Assembly: GCF_000017845.1 (NCBI RefSeq)
Contig: NC_010546.1
Coordinates: 2,580,001-2,612,000 of the forward strand
From: Crocosphaera subtropica ATCC 51142
GTDB lineage: Bacteria; Cyanobacteriota; Cyanobacteriia; Cyanobacteriales; Microcystaceae
Length of the DNA: 32,000 nt
Direction of reading: 5' to 3'
A program made the translations under genes and the position numbers. Positions 1-9,176 of the stretch are shown here, one piece after another (positions within the stretch are counted from its first letter, which is position 1; every line of letters starts with the position of its first letter). Under the pieces are notes generated by a model. The model did not search any database and was not told where the DNA came from. It saw only the letters and a list, made by a program, of their open reading frames with translations.

Positions 1-205
1 TTTTTAAGTTATTGTAAAAGATAAGATGATTATCAGAGATTAATTTTTCATTTTCTCCTAATAAGAAAACAGAACAATCGATATCAAAATCTTTTCCAGT
101 ATCGACTTTTTTCACATCCCAACCTAATCCCACGAAGGCTGCTTTTAAACCAGGACTTGCTTTGTCTAAGGAAATTCTTTGACCTTTACTGAGAGAAATT
201 GCCAT
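1..205 (-). CDS. TerD-family (TerD/TerE-like stress / tellurite-resistance domain) protein; N-terminal 68 codons only, the 3' end runs off the window edge
   Basis: Not in the ORF track because it is truncated. Minus-strand translation from ATG (205-203) gives MAISLSKGQRISLDKASPGLKAAFVGLGWDVKKVDTGKDFDIDCSVFLLGENEKLISDNHLIFYNNLK. This matches the canonical TerD-domain N-terminus (ISLxKGQxxxL, GLGWD, DFDxDxSxFLL, FYNN). Confidence 0.8.
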   Translation of the reverse strand, partial: MAISLSKGQRISLDKASPGLKAAFVGLGWDVKKVDTGKDFDIDCSVFLLGENEKLISDNHLIFYNNLK

Positions 206-243
206 AATAATTTAGTTGAATTCTAATGTTAGTTAAAGCTTCA

Positions 244-888
244 CTAAGAGGAAGCATTGAGAACAGCTAAATACTCTATCGCAGCATCTAAGCGAGAAGG
301 ATAACTATGGGAAAATTCTTCAAACCATAGTCCTTCGTCAGAGTATTCGTCTAAACTTTTTAACCATTGTTCAGCTTGACGAATCAATAATTTTTGCTGC
401 CGCTGCTTTCTTTGTTCAGTATAGCGTATTTCTTCCTGATTTTGGTGAGTGATGGTTTCTTTTTGTTCTTCTTGTTTTTGTTGGAATTGTTGTTTAAATT
501 GATGTAAATTTTCGTTAATTTCTGGTTTATTACGCCCTAAATTATGTTCTTGTGATTTCTCTTTTTGTTTTTGCTGAAGTTGTTGTTTGAACTGATGTAA
601 ATTTTCATTAACTTCTGGTTGACGGCGATCTAAGTTGCGTTGTTGGAATTGCTGTTTAAAGTCATGTAAATTTTCGTTAATTTCTGGTTGATTTTGACTC
701 ACTTTATATTCTTGAGATTTTTCCTTTTGTTGTTTTAAGTCAGACTTAAATTGCTCAAGTAGGTTATCCATTGAATTCGGTTGATGATTAGACTTGTCCA
801 TCGATTGTCTCTTTTGATTACTTTTTTGATGTTTAATTTGGTTAATTAAGTCATCAATATTAGATTCTTCTTGAGGATTATTAATCAT
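244..888 (-). CDS. Gln/Glu/Lys-rich repeat protein of unknown function (predicted coiled-coil or low complexity) with a short non-repetitive C-terminal domain
   Basis: 214-aa ORF lying 38 nt upstream of the TerD gene on the same strand. It has three copies of the motif (Q/K)PE(I/V)NENLH(Q/D)FKQQ(F/L)QQ. The unique C-terminus is AEQWLKSLDEYSDEGLWFEEFSHSYPSRLDAAIEYLAVL. I recognise no family. Confidence 0.6.
   Translation of the reverse strand: MINNPQEESNIDDLINQIKHQKSNQKRQSMDKSNHQPNSMDNLLEQFKSDLKQQKEKSQEYKVSQNQPEINENLHDFKQQFQQRNLDRRQPEVNENLHQFKQQLQQKQKEKSQEHNLGRNKPEINENLHQFKQQFQQKQEEQKETITHQNQEEIRYTEQRKQRQQKLLIRQAEQWLKSLDEYSDEGLWFEEFSHSYPSRLDAAIEYLAVLNASS
481..690. repeat. Three imperfect ~48-bp direct repeats (481-528, 574-621, 643-690) inside the 244..888 CDS
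   Basis: The + strand units are ttggaattgttgtttaaattgatgtaaattttcgttaatttctggttt, ctgaagttgttgtttgaactgatgtaaattttcattaacttctggttg and ttggaattgctgtttaaagtcatgtaaattttcgttaatttctggttg. They encode the PEINENLHQFKQQFQQ peptide repeats. Spacers are 45 and 21 nt. Confidence 0.8.
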
Positions 889-926
889 TGTTTATTGAAG
901 ACCTTTTATAATATAAAAATTACCAT

Positions 927-1065
927 ACTTGTGAGATACAAAAGTGATCTCGAAGAGATCCGCTTCGCGGTGCGCTTTGAGGCAGAGAGAGGTGTTAGGT
1001 TTACCTTATGAGTCCGAGAAACCCTATATAAATCCTATTATCATAATATCAACTAAACTTGTGAG
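927..1065. repeat. GC-rich structured patch in an AT-rich intergenic region, bracketed by a 9-bp direct repeat ACTTGTGAG
   Basis: ACTTGTGAG occurs at 927-935 and 1057-1065. The sequence between contains adjacent small hairpins (gatctc-gaa-gagatc at 946-960; ccgc-ttc-gcgg at 960-970) and the GC-rich tract gcggtgcgctttgaggcagagagagg. A HIP1 site lies at 1088-1095. Confidence 0.35.
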
Positions 1066-1184
1066 TTATCAATGTCTGGAAAAAGAGGCGATCGCTGATC
1101 ATGGATCATGGTCAAACTTATAGTAATCTAACATTAAGGCTCATTACTTTCATTATAATTCCATGTTAAGTTTAAGGGTAATGG

Positions 1185-3710
1185 ATGTTAGAAAACGTTT
1201 CAAAGTATAAGTATATGTCTATGTCTTCTGGAAGTTTGCTAGTGGCTCAACCAAGATCCTTTTATAATATACAATCTTCTTCACCTCAATGGATCGAAGT
1301 TTTGCTCAATTCTCCCTGGGGACAAGAGTTATGTATTTATAGTATCCCATCTGATTTAATGGTACAACCTGGTGATATTGTGAGTGTACCTTTTGGAAAA
1401 CAAATTATTGGTGGAATTGCTATTAGATACGCTAATTCTATTCCTGAATCTCTCAATGATGATCAAGTCAAAGATATTGATGATGTAATTACGTCGGGAT
1501 TTTTTACCAAAAATTATTTTAAATTATTAGAGAAAGTCTCTCAATATTATTGTACAGACTTAATAACTGTTATTCAAGCTGCATTACCTCCTAACTTATT
1601 AAGTAAATCTCAACGGAGAATTAGACTAAAGAATGAAAATATCCCCCCTAATGCAGAATTCTTTTGCCGTCCTGCTGCTGCTCAAATTCTAAGTTTATTA
1701 AAAGCACAAAAAGATGGAAATTATAGTATTAAATATTTAAAGCGTAAAGTAAAAGGAGTTCGTCAGGGTATTCGAGAATTAAATCAACGAGGATGGATTG
1801 AAAGTTATCTAGAAACACCAAAAAATCCCCAAGTTAAGCAACAAAAATCTGTTACTTTAGTGGTTGATCAATTCCCTCCAAACCTAACACCAAGACAATT
1901 GGAAGTTTTACAAGTTTTACGTCATGAAGGAGGAGAATTATGGTTAACTGATTTATTAAACTTATGTCAAGCAAGTGCTTCGATTGTAGATGCGTTAGCA
2001 GTAAAACACTGTGTCATTATTGAGTATCGAGAAAGATTAAGATTATTAAAAGATCCAGAAAAAAGTAGAGACAAAAATAAAATATTAACCTGCCAACAAC
2101 ATGAAGCCTTAAAAATTATTAATGGTTTAGAAAATTATAATGAAATTTTATTACATGGAGTCACAGGATCAGGAAAAACAGAAGTTTATTTACAGGCTAT
2201 TTCTCCTCTACTAGAAAAAGGAAAATCTGCTTTAATCTTAGTTCCTGAAATTGCCTTAACCCCTCAATTAACAGATAGATTTCGTGCAAGATTTGGGGAT
2301 AAGGTTTATGTCTATCACAGTAATTTATCAAAAGGGGAAAGATACGATACTTGGAGACAAATGTTACCAGGAGAACCCCAAGTTATAATTGGGACGAGAT
2401 CAGCTATTTTTGCCCCTTTACCCAATTTAGGATTAATTATATTAGACGAAGAACATGATTCTAGTTTTAAACAAACCCAAATATCCCCCAATTATCATGC
2501 AAGAACAGTAGCTAAATGGCGAGGAGAATTAGAGAATTGTCCAGTTATTTTAGGATCAGCAACACCCTCTTTAGAAACGTGGATTTCTGTTAATCAATCT
2601 CAAGTTTCTTCCGATAATTCTTATTATTTATCTTTACCTGAAAGAATAGGTTCTCGTCCTCTACCTCCTATAAAAATTGTCGATATGAGAGAGGAATTAA
2701 AGCGAGGAAATCGCTCGGTTTTTAGTGGTTCTTTACAGGAAGCCTTAAGAAATTTAAAAGAGAAAAATCAACAAGGTATCCTATTTATTAATCGTCGGGG
2801 ACATAGCACTTTTGTATCTTGCAGACATTGCGGTTATGTCATGGAATGTCCTGACTGTGATGTATCTTTATCCTATCACTATACTCACGAAGGAGCCACC
2901 GAATTATTAAGATGTCATTATTGTAACCATACGCAAATTCAACCCCCAAATTGTCCCGAATGTAACTCACCTTATTTCAAATTTTTTGGTAGTGGAACCC
3001 AAAAAGTTACCCAAGCCTTAAAGCAAGAATTTCCTGAACTAAAGCCCTTAAGATTTGATAGTGATACCACCCGTAACAAAGGTTCTCATCGTCGCTTATT
3101 AGAGCAATTTTCACGGGGTGAAGCTGACATTTTAGTGGGGACACAAATGCTAACCAAAGGGATAGATTTGGCGCAAGTTACCTTAGTCGGTGTTGTCTCG
3201 GCAGATGGGTTATTATATTTATCAGATTATCGGGCAGCCGAAAGAGCATTTCAAACCTTAACCCAAGTAGCCGGAAGGGCAGGAAGAGGAGACGAACCGG
3301 GACAAGTAATTATACAAACTTATTCTCCCGAAAACTCCGTCATTCAAGCAGTTAAAAATCATGATTATCATTGTTTTATTGATGAAGAATTACCTCGAAG
3401 AGAAGAATTAAATTTTCCACCTTACGGACGTTTGATTTTAGTGCAGTTAAGTGGATTAGATGCCATAGAAGTGCAAAATACAGCACAAAAATTAGGGGAT
3501 TATTTTCAGGATACTATAGGATTAGATTGTGAAATCTTAGGTCCAGCACCAGCTAGTATAATGAGGGTAGCTAAACGGTATCGTTGGCAAATTTTATTAA
3601 AATTTTTACCCGATGCTAGGGTGATTATTCCTGATATGGAAAATTGGCACAAATTATGTCCTAATTCTGTTAGTTTAAAAATTGATATTGATCCATTGCA
3701 TATTAATTAA
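1185..3710 (+). CDS. priA: Primosomal protein N' (replication restart helicase PriA)
   Basis: 841-aa ORF. It carries Walker A GVTGSGKTEVY, the DExH box LILDEEHD, and the PriA-specific Cys-rich zinc region CRHCGYVMECPDCDVSLSYH...LRCHYCNH...CPECNS. The C-terminal helicase motifs VGTQMLTKGIDL and QVAGRAGRG are also present. The true start could instead be the Met codons at 1215 or 1221. Confidence 0.93.
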   Translation: MLENVSKYKYMSMSSGSLLVAQPRSFYNIQSSSPQWIEVLLNSPWGQELCIYSIPSDLMVQPGDIVSVPFGKQIIGGIAIRYANSIPESLNDDQVKDIDDVITSGFFTKNYFKLLEKVSQYYCTDLITVIQAALPPNLLSKSQRRIRLKNENIPPNAEFFCRPAAAQILSLLKAQKDGNYSIKYLKRKVKGVRQGIRELNQRGWIESYLETPKNPQVKQQKSVTLVVDQFPPNLTPRQLEVLQVLRHEGGELWLTDLLNLCQASASIVDALAVKHCVIIEYRERLRLLKDPEKSRDKNKILTCQQHEALKIINGLENYNEILLHGVTGSGKTEVYLQAISPLLEKGKSALILVPEIALTPQLTDRFRARFGDKVYVYHSNLSKGERYDTWRQMLPGEPQVIIGTRSAIFAPLPNLGLIILDEEHDSSFKQTQISPNYHARTVAKWRGELENCPVILGSATPSLETWISVNQSQVSSDNSYYLSLPERIGSRPLPPIKIVDMREELKRGNRSVFSGSLQEALRNLKEKNQQGILFINRRGHSTFVSCRHCGYVMECPDCDVSLSYHYTHEGATELLRCHYCNHTQIQPPNCPECNSPYFKFFGSGTQKVTQALKQEFPELKPLRFDSDTTRNKGSHRRLLEQFSRGEADILVGTQMLTKGIDLAQVTLVGVVSADGLLYLSDYRAAERAFQTLTQVAGRAGRGDEPGQVIIQTYSPENSVIQAVKNHDYHCFIDEELPRREELNFPPYGRLILVQLSGLDAIEVQNTAQKLGDYFQDTIGLDCEILGPAPASIMRVAKRYRWQILLKFLPDARVIIPDMENWHKLCPNSVSLKIDIDPLHIN

Positions 3711-3758
3711 TTTGATGATTAGTTCATATGTTTTCGGGAAAACAGATACTGATGAGAC

Positions 3759-4637
3759 TTATTTTTTATAGACCATAAATTTATAGCTATCTTTCAAATC
3801 ATTACTAATATGAGCAGTTTTAAGAACTCCATAATTTTTTAGTTTAAGCTTTTCTAAAATACGACGAGAACCAAAATTATTAATCTCTGAAAATGCAATT
3901 AACTCCTTAACATTTTGATGTTCAATAAACCAAGGAACAAAAGAACAAACAGCTTCCGACATAATTTTTTTACCCCAGTAATCTTTAGAAAGTCCATAAC
4001 TAATCATGACTGGCTTCTCAAAAGTTTGACCAATAACGGGAGTAATTAAATCAAGTAAGTTAATTTGTGAAAGTTCATAAAAACTAATAAAACCAATGGT
4101 ATTTTTATTTGTATTCAGTCGCACAGCAAAACAATATTTATACCAAGGAACTTGAGAACTGTCATTTTTATAGGTAGAGTGAATATTCATAATAGGAGTG
4201 TACCTTTCTCCTCTCATTTTCCAAACAGTAGAATCTTGTAAAAAATTAATGACTTCGGGTTCATCTGAAGCTAATAGAAAGCTAATTTCTAATCTTTTAG
4301 TTCTCATCACAACCTCATGACTAATAGACCAATTTAATATAGCTTTTAGACTAAATGTATCTTCTTCAATAACGATTTTTTCTGAATTTTTAAACGTCAT
4401 TTTAACTTCAAAAGAATCAGGAGGATGAAACTTAATATATAGTTTTTCAAGACTTGATTTTAAACCGGCTACTTCTAAACCTCGAAATCGAATCATTGCC
4501 ATAAACTTATCTGCTAATAAAGGAAGATTAAAAGGTTGCAGAAACCCTTGAAAATCACGAATTAATAAATAATGAGAATCAAGATGTTGTTTGGAGTCTG
4601 CTTTATTAAGGGTTTTTGAGAAGAAACGGTTATCCAT
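3759..4637 (-). CDS. GNAT-family N-acetyltransferase domain protein (RimJ/RimL-like C-terminal ~180 aa) with an unrecognised ~110-aa N-terminal extension
   Basis: 292-aa ORF. The C-terminal half reads RLEISFLLASDEPEVINFLQDSTVW...ISYGLSKDYWGKKIMSEAVCSFVPWFIEHQNVKELIAFSEINNFGSRRILEKLKLKNYG. This follows the RimJ/RimL pattern YWGKGxxxEA...RIxAxxxxxNxxSxRVLEKxGF. I do not recognise the N-terminal part. Confidence 0.6.
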   Translation of the reverse strand: MDNRFFSKTLNKADSKQHLDSHYLLIRDFQGFLQPFNLPLLADKFMAMIRFRGLEVAGLKSSLEKLYIKFHPPDSFEVKMTFKNSEKIVIEEDTFSLKAILNWSISHEVVMRTKRLEISFLLASDEPEVINFLQDSTVWKMRGERYTPIMNIHSTYKNDSSQVPWYKYCFAVRLNTNKNTIGFISFYELSQINLLDLITPVIGQTFEKPVMISYGLSKDYWGKKIMSEAVCSFVPWFIEHQNVKELIAFSEINNFGSRRILEKLKLKNYGVLKTAHISNDLKDSYKFMVYKK

Positions 4638-4771
4638 AAAATTTTATTTATGTAGTAGAAGTCGTGACATAAGACCTTGTAGCAAAATTGAGTTATAATA
4701 CAAATGTTTTAGATACGATGCAGGATCAGTCTCAGGCATAATAGAAGATCCCCGTGTTAGTTCCTTAAACT

Positions 4772-6823
4772 ATGTCATCCTATGAACCCCTCCATCATAA
4801 ATATCGTCCACAGACGTTTGCTGACTTAGTGGGACAAGAAGCGATCGCCACAACCTTGAGTAATGCCATCGCTAGTCAACGCATTGCGCCGGCTTATCTA
4901 TTTACTGGACCGAGGGGAACCGGAAAAACCTCTAGTGCTAGAATTTTAGCAAAATCCCTCAATTGTTTGGCAGTTAAAGTTCCTACTGCCTCACCCTGTG
5001 GTCAATGCGAAGTCTGTCGGGCGATCGCTAGAGGATCAGCCTTAGATGTGATTGAAATTGATGCAGCCAGTAATACAGGGGTTGATAATATTAGAGAAAT
5101 TATTGAGCGATCGCAGTTTGCCCCGGTACAATGTCGTTATAAAGTGTATGTCATTGATGAATGTCATATGCTGAGTGTGGCTGCTTTTAATGCCTTATTA
5201 AAGACCTTAGAAGAACCGCCAGAACGGGTTATTTTTGTCTTAGCAACTACCGATCCTCAAAGGGTTTTACCTACTATTATCTCTCGCTGTCAACGGTTCG
5301 ATTATCGCCGTATTCCTTTAGAAGCGATGGTTGAACACCTAACAATAATTGCCCAAAAAGAAAACATAGAAATTGAAGCAGAAGCCTTAACCTTAGTGGC
5401 ACAAATTGCCAACGGTGGGTTAAGAGATGCAGAGAGTTTATTAGATCAATTAAGTTTATTATCAGGAGGGATTACCCCCGAAAAAGTTTGGGATTTAGTG
5501 GGGGCAGTTCCTGAGAGAGATTTATTATCTTTATTAAAAGCCATCAACTCTAATAATCCAGAACTTGTCATCGAATCCTGTCGAAAATTGATGGATCGAG
5601 GGAGAGAACCCCTGGTTGTTTTACAAAATTTAGCAGCATTTTATCTTAACTTATTGATTGCGAAAACTGCCCCCACACGATCTGATTTAGTAGCCGTAAC
5701 TTCTACCACTTGGGATGATTTATGTACTGAAGCAGAACAGTGGCAAACCGAAACAATTTTAAGAGGACAGCAAAAACTAAAAGAAAGCGAAGTCCAGTTA
5801 AAAAATACCACTCAACCTCGTTTATGGTTAGAAGTTACGTTATTAGGGTTACTTCCCGATGCTTGTATAGCAGAAGTAATCGTTCAATCATCTAATATTC
5901 CAACTCAAACTAAAAATAATAATAATGAATCCAAACCTAAAGCTTTACCCCAACAAAAAACCCAGTCAAACATAGTTGAAAAATCCTCACAAGATAAAAT
6001 ACAACCGTTATCTAAACCCAATCAATCTGTTACAAAGACCTCAGAAACCCCCATTAATCATGATGATATTGATCTAGAGGGAATGTGGCAGTTAGTCTTA
6101 AATAAACTGCCTTTATTATCCTCAGCATTAATTAAACAACATGGCTATTTAATTAGTTATAAACAAACCGTTGCTACCGTAGGTATTAAAAGTAAACAAC
6201 TCCTAAAAGCAGCACAAGATAAACTGCCTCAAATTGAATCAGCTTTTCAAGAAGTTGTTGGTCATAAAGTTAAGGTTAATTTGCAGGTTGGATCGAGTTC
6301 TCCAGTGACTCAAAAATCTCATCGTTCTTCTATCAAACCGCCTTCATCTTATCCTCAAACTAACCATAGTAATTTACCTAAAAATGAGCAAACTTTAAAC
6401 AATAATAATCATAAAAATCTAAATGATGAACCTGCTATTACTTCCAAGACAGATAATAGTAACAATAATCATGAACAATCTGAAGAAAGTTCGAGTATTC
6501 CTGAGATATCTACAACTCAAGATAATATTGATAATATAGAAGTCTCTGATGATAAAATTCAAAAAGCAGCCGAACAATTAGCTAAATTTTTTAAAGGAGA
6601 AGTTATCAATGACTATGAAGATTTTATACAGAAAGAAAATAATTCATCTGATCTAAGAGATAATATAGAACTATCAGAGAACAGTTTGAATCGTTTTCAA
6701 GCAGATACTGATACTATCGACAGTAATGAGTTCAATAATCAAAGCCAAACCAGTAGTGTTAATTCAAAAAAAGTAAAAGGAAGACCAAAAATAACAGAAA
6801 ACGAAGAAGATTTAGAATTTTAA
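4772..6823 (+). CDS. dnaX: DNA polymerase III subunit gamma/tau
   Basis: 683-aa ORF. The N-terminus is YEPLHHKYRPQTFADLVGQE, with Walker A GPRGTGKTS and zinc module CGQCEVC. The Walker B/DExx box is VYVIDECHML and the sensor motif is IISRCQRF. The C-terminal ~170 aa are an N/S/Q/E-rich low-complexity tail. Confidence 0.93.
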   Translation: MSSYEPLHHKYRPQTFADLVGQEAIATTLSNAIASQRIAPAYLFTGPRGTGKTSSARILAKSLNCLAVKVPTASPCGQCEVCRAIARGSALDVIEIDAASNTGVDNIREIIERSQFAPVQCRYKVYVIDECHMLSVAAFNALLKTLEEPPERVIFVLATTDPQRVLPTIISRCQRFDYRRIPLEAMVEHLTIIAQKENIEIEAEALTLVAQIANGGLRDAESLLDQLSLLSGGITPEKVWDLVGAVPERDLLSLLKAINSNNPELVIESCRKLMDRGREPLVVLQNLAAFYLNLLIAKTAPTRSDLVAVTSTTWDDLCTEAEQWQTETILRGQQKLKESEVQLKNTTQPRLWLEVTLLGLLPDACIAEVIVQSSNIPTQTKNNNNESKPKALPQQKTQSNIVEKSSQDKIQPLSKPNQSVTKTSETPINHDDIDLEGMWQLVLNKLPLLSSALIKQHGYLISYKQTVATVGIKSKQLLKAAQDKLPQIESAFQEVVGHKVKVNLQVGSSSPVTQKSHRSSIKPPSSYPQTNHSNLPKNEQTLNNNNHKNLNDEPAITSKTDNSNNNHEQSEESSSIPEISTTQDNIDNIEVSDDKIQKAAEQLAKFFKGEVINDYEDFIQKENNSSDLRDNIELSENSLNRFQADTDTIDSNEFNNQSQTSSVNSKKVKGRPKITENEEDLEF

Positions 6824-6849
6824 GTCACTAACATGAGTAAACTATACTA

Positions 6850-9120
6850 ATGAATAAAATTAATTACTTATCCATTATTGTATTAGTAGGATTTCTGAGT
6901 TCTTGTCAATTACAAACTCATCAATTGTTTAAGAAAGAAGTTATAACTAAAGCTGAATCAATTAATACTATCAACACTGACAGTTGGTCATTTGAACCAC
7001 AAAGAGATACTTATGACAAAAATTCACTGTTAGACTTACGTTATCTCAATGAAAAAATAGCAGGAGAAACAGGTTTTATTCGCTTATCTCCTAGCGGTGA
7101 AGACTTTGTAAAAGGCAATGGAGAGTCGATTAGATTTTGGGCTGTTAATTCTTATGTTTGGAGAAAAAGTTATCAACAATTAGAAGATAATGCTCGTTTT
7201 TTAGCAAAACGAGGGGTTAATATGGTGCGTTGGCACGGTCAAATTGTGGATGAAAATGATAATAAAACCTTAAAAAATATTGATAAAAAAGCCCGTCAAC
7301 AACTTTGGCAATATGTAGCAGCCATGAAAAAAGAAGGGATTTATTTAACTCTATCTCCCTATTATGCCCATGCCCTAAAACCTCAAGAAAATTGGCAACT
7401 ACCCCATGATAGCAAAAATTTTAGTGGCTTATTATTTTTCGATCCAGACCTACAAAAAGCTTATAAAAATTGGTTAAAAGAGTTACTAATTCCTGTTAAC
7501 CCCTACACAGGAATTCCTTTAAAAGATGAAGCTGCGATCGCCATTATTCAACTGCAAAATGAAGATTCTTTACTCTTCTGGACATTTAAAAATATACAAG
7601 GACGAGATTTAGAGTTATTAACTAATCAATATCGAGACTGGTTAATCAATAAATACGGTTCGTTAGAACAAGTTATAAAAGTATGGCAAGGGGTGTCTCT
7701 TAAAGGAGAAAATATCAAAGAAGGTCAACTAAAATTTTATGAAATGTGGCATCTAACTCAACCCGAAAATCCTAATAGTGGGAAAGGAAAACGATTAGCA
7801 GATCAAACTCAATTTTTAACCGAAACCATGTATAATTTTAATCAAGAAATAAAACGGTTTTTACGGGAAGAAATTGGGGCAAAACAGTTAATTAATGCAG
7901 GGAATTGGAAAACAGCCGATCCAATTAAATTAAATGATGCAGAACGCTATTCCTATACTGCAACAGAAGTGATAGGAGTTAACCGTTACTATAATGGTGG
8001 AATTCATCAAGGAAAACACTCAGGTTGGGCAATTATTAATGGAGATAAATTTACAAATCGTTCCATTTTATTTGATCCTTATTCTTTTCCCTTAAATCTC
8101 AAACAAGTTGCCAATCATCCTATTATTATTCCCGAAAGTTCTTGGGTTCCTCCTTTGGGTTATCAATCAGAAAGTCCTTTTTTAGTTAGTATTTTTCAAT
8201 CCTTAACAGGGATTGATGGATTCTATTGGTTTGCGATGAAAGAACCGCAATGGAGACAACCTTCTTCTGCAAACGGTTATCTTCCTTCTTTGGGTAAATG
8301 GGTGATTAATACCCCAGAATTATTAGGAAATTTTCCGGCTGCTGCTTTGATGTATCGTCAAAATTATATTAAGGAAGGGGAAACAGTCATCACAGAAAAT
8401 CGAAAACTAACAGAGTTATGGAATCGTCAAATACCAATAATTTCAGAAACCAAAAGTTTTGATCCAAACCGAGATCAAGATAGTCAAAATGGTAACACAA
8501 ATATCGGCAACAGAATTCATCCTTTAGCTTTTTTAGTTGGTTCAGTAGAAGTAACTTATGGCAATGAGAAAAGTAATAAAATTCTCGATTTAAAAAAATA
8601 TATCAATGAAAAAGATAAAATTATTCGTTCTATTACTGGAGAAATAACCTGGAACTACAAACAAGGAATTTGTCTTTTAAATACAGCTAAAGCTCAAGGT
8701 GTAACAGGATTTTTAAAAGGAGTTGGAGAGATAAAATTAGAAGATACAAGGATTAAATCTAATAATCAATATGCAACGGTGATAGTGCTATCTATGGACA
8801 ATAAACCTATCAAAGCATCAGAAAAAATATTAATCCAAGTAGGAACTATTGCTCGTCCAACAGATTGGAAACAACAAGCAATAACTTGGAAAGATAAGCA
8901 AGGTAACTTACAACAAGGATTGAAAATTATTGACTACGGTAAAGCCCCTTGGAGACTAGAAAATAATGATATTGACTTAATTATTAATAATCCAAAACTT
9001 ACCCAAGCTATTATATTAGATAGTAATGGGTTAGCCAAACAAACCATAAAACTAAAAAGCGATCACTCCCAAATTTCCTTACAATTTCCTGCCAATGCGA
9101 AATATGTTGTTCTTGAATAA
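6850..9120 (+). CDS. Secreted lipoprotein, putative glycoside hydrolase (clan GH-A TIM-barrel, GH5-like)
   Basis: 756-aa ORF. The N-terminal signal peptide has a lipobox (LVGFLSSC). Motifs RFWAVNS, AKRGVNMVRWHG and NPYTGIPLKDEAAIAIIQLQNEDSLLFW resemble the GH5/clan-A strand-4 acid/base NE motif. The gene starts 26 nt after the dnaX stop. Confidence 0.5.
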   Translation: MNKINYLSIIVLVGFLSSCQLQTHQLFKKEVITKAESINTINTDSWSFEPQRDTYDKNSLLDLRYLNEKIAGETGFIRLSPSGEDFVKGNGESIRFWAVNSYVWRKSYQQLEDNARFLAKRGVNMVRWHGQIVDENDNKTLKNIDKKARQQLWQYVAAMKKEGIYLTLSPYYAHALKPQENWQLPHDSKNFSGLLFFDPDLQKAYKNWLKELLIPVNPYTGIPLKDEAAIAIIQLQNEDSLLFWTFKNIQGRDLELLTNQYRDWLINKYGSLEQVIKVWQGVSLKGENIKEGQLKFYEMWHLTQPENPNSGKGKRLADQTQFLTETMYNFNQEIKRFLREEIGAKQLINAGNWKTADPIKLNDAERYSYTATEVIGVNRYYNGGIHQGKHSGWAIINGDKFTNRSILFDPYSFPLNLKQVANHPIIIPESSWVPPLGYQSESPFLVSIFQSLTGIDGFYWFAMKEPQWRQPSSANGYLPSLGKWVINTPELLGNFPAAALMYRQNYIKEGETVITENRKLTELWNRQIPIISETKSFDPNRDQDSQNGNTNIGNRIHPLAFLVGSVEVTYGNEKSNKILDLKKYINEKDKIIRSITGEITWNYKQGICLLNTAKAQGVTGFLKGVGEIKLEDTRIKSNNQYATVIVLSMDNKPIKASEKILIQVGTIARPTDWKQQAITWKDKQGNLQQGLKIIDYGKAPWRLENNDIDLIINNPKLTQAIILDSNGLAKQTIKLKSDHSQISLQFPANAKYVVLE

Positions 9121-9176
9121 AATGAGTTAATAAGGTACATTATTAGTAAGCCCTAAACTTTTGATTTTGATTGCTT

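Noticed and set aside
481-690. Regularly spaced ~48-bp repeats that could superficially suggest a CRISPR-like array
   Set aside because: The repeats are imperfect and in-frame, with spacers of 45 and 21 nt inside a continuous ORF, and they encode a peptide repeat. There are no cas genes and no leader.
3730-3743. Short hairpin gtttt-cggg-aaaac between the convergent priA and GNAT genes as a bidirectional terminator
   Set aside because: It has only a 5-bp AU-rich stem with no flanking T-tract on either strand, which is too weak to call.
5951-5980. Possible dnaX gamma/tau programmed frameshift at the A6 run (CAA CAA AAA ACC, 5955-5960), with a -1 frame stop 7 codons later; also the A7 run at ~6766
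   Set aside because: The heptamer is not a canonical X XXY YYZ slippery site in the zero frame, and A6 is short for transcriptional slippage. I see no downstream stem-loop, and off-frame stops are frequent in AT-rich DNA. The second run is only about 17 codons from the natural stop.
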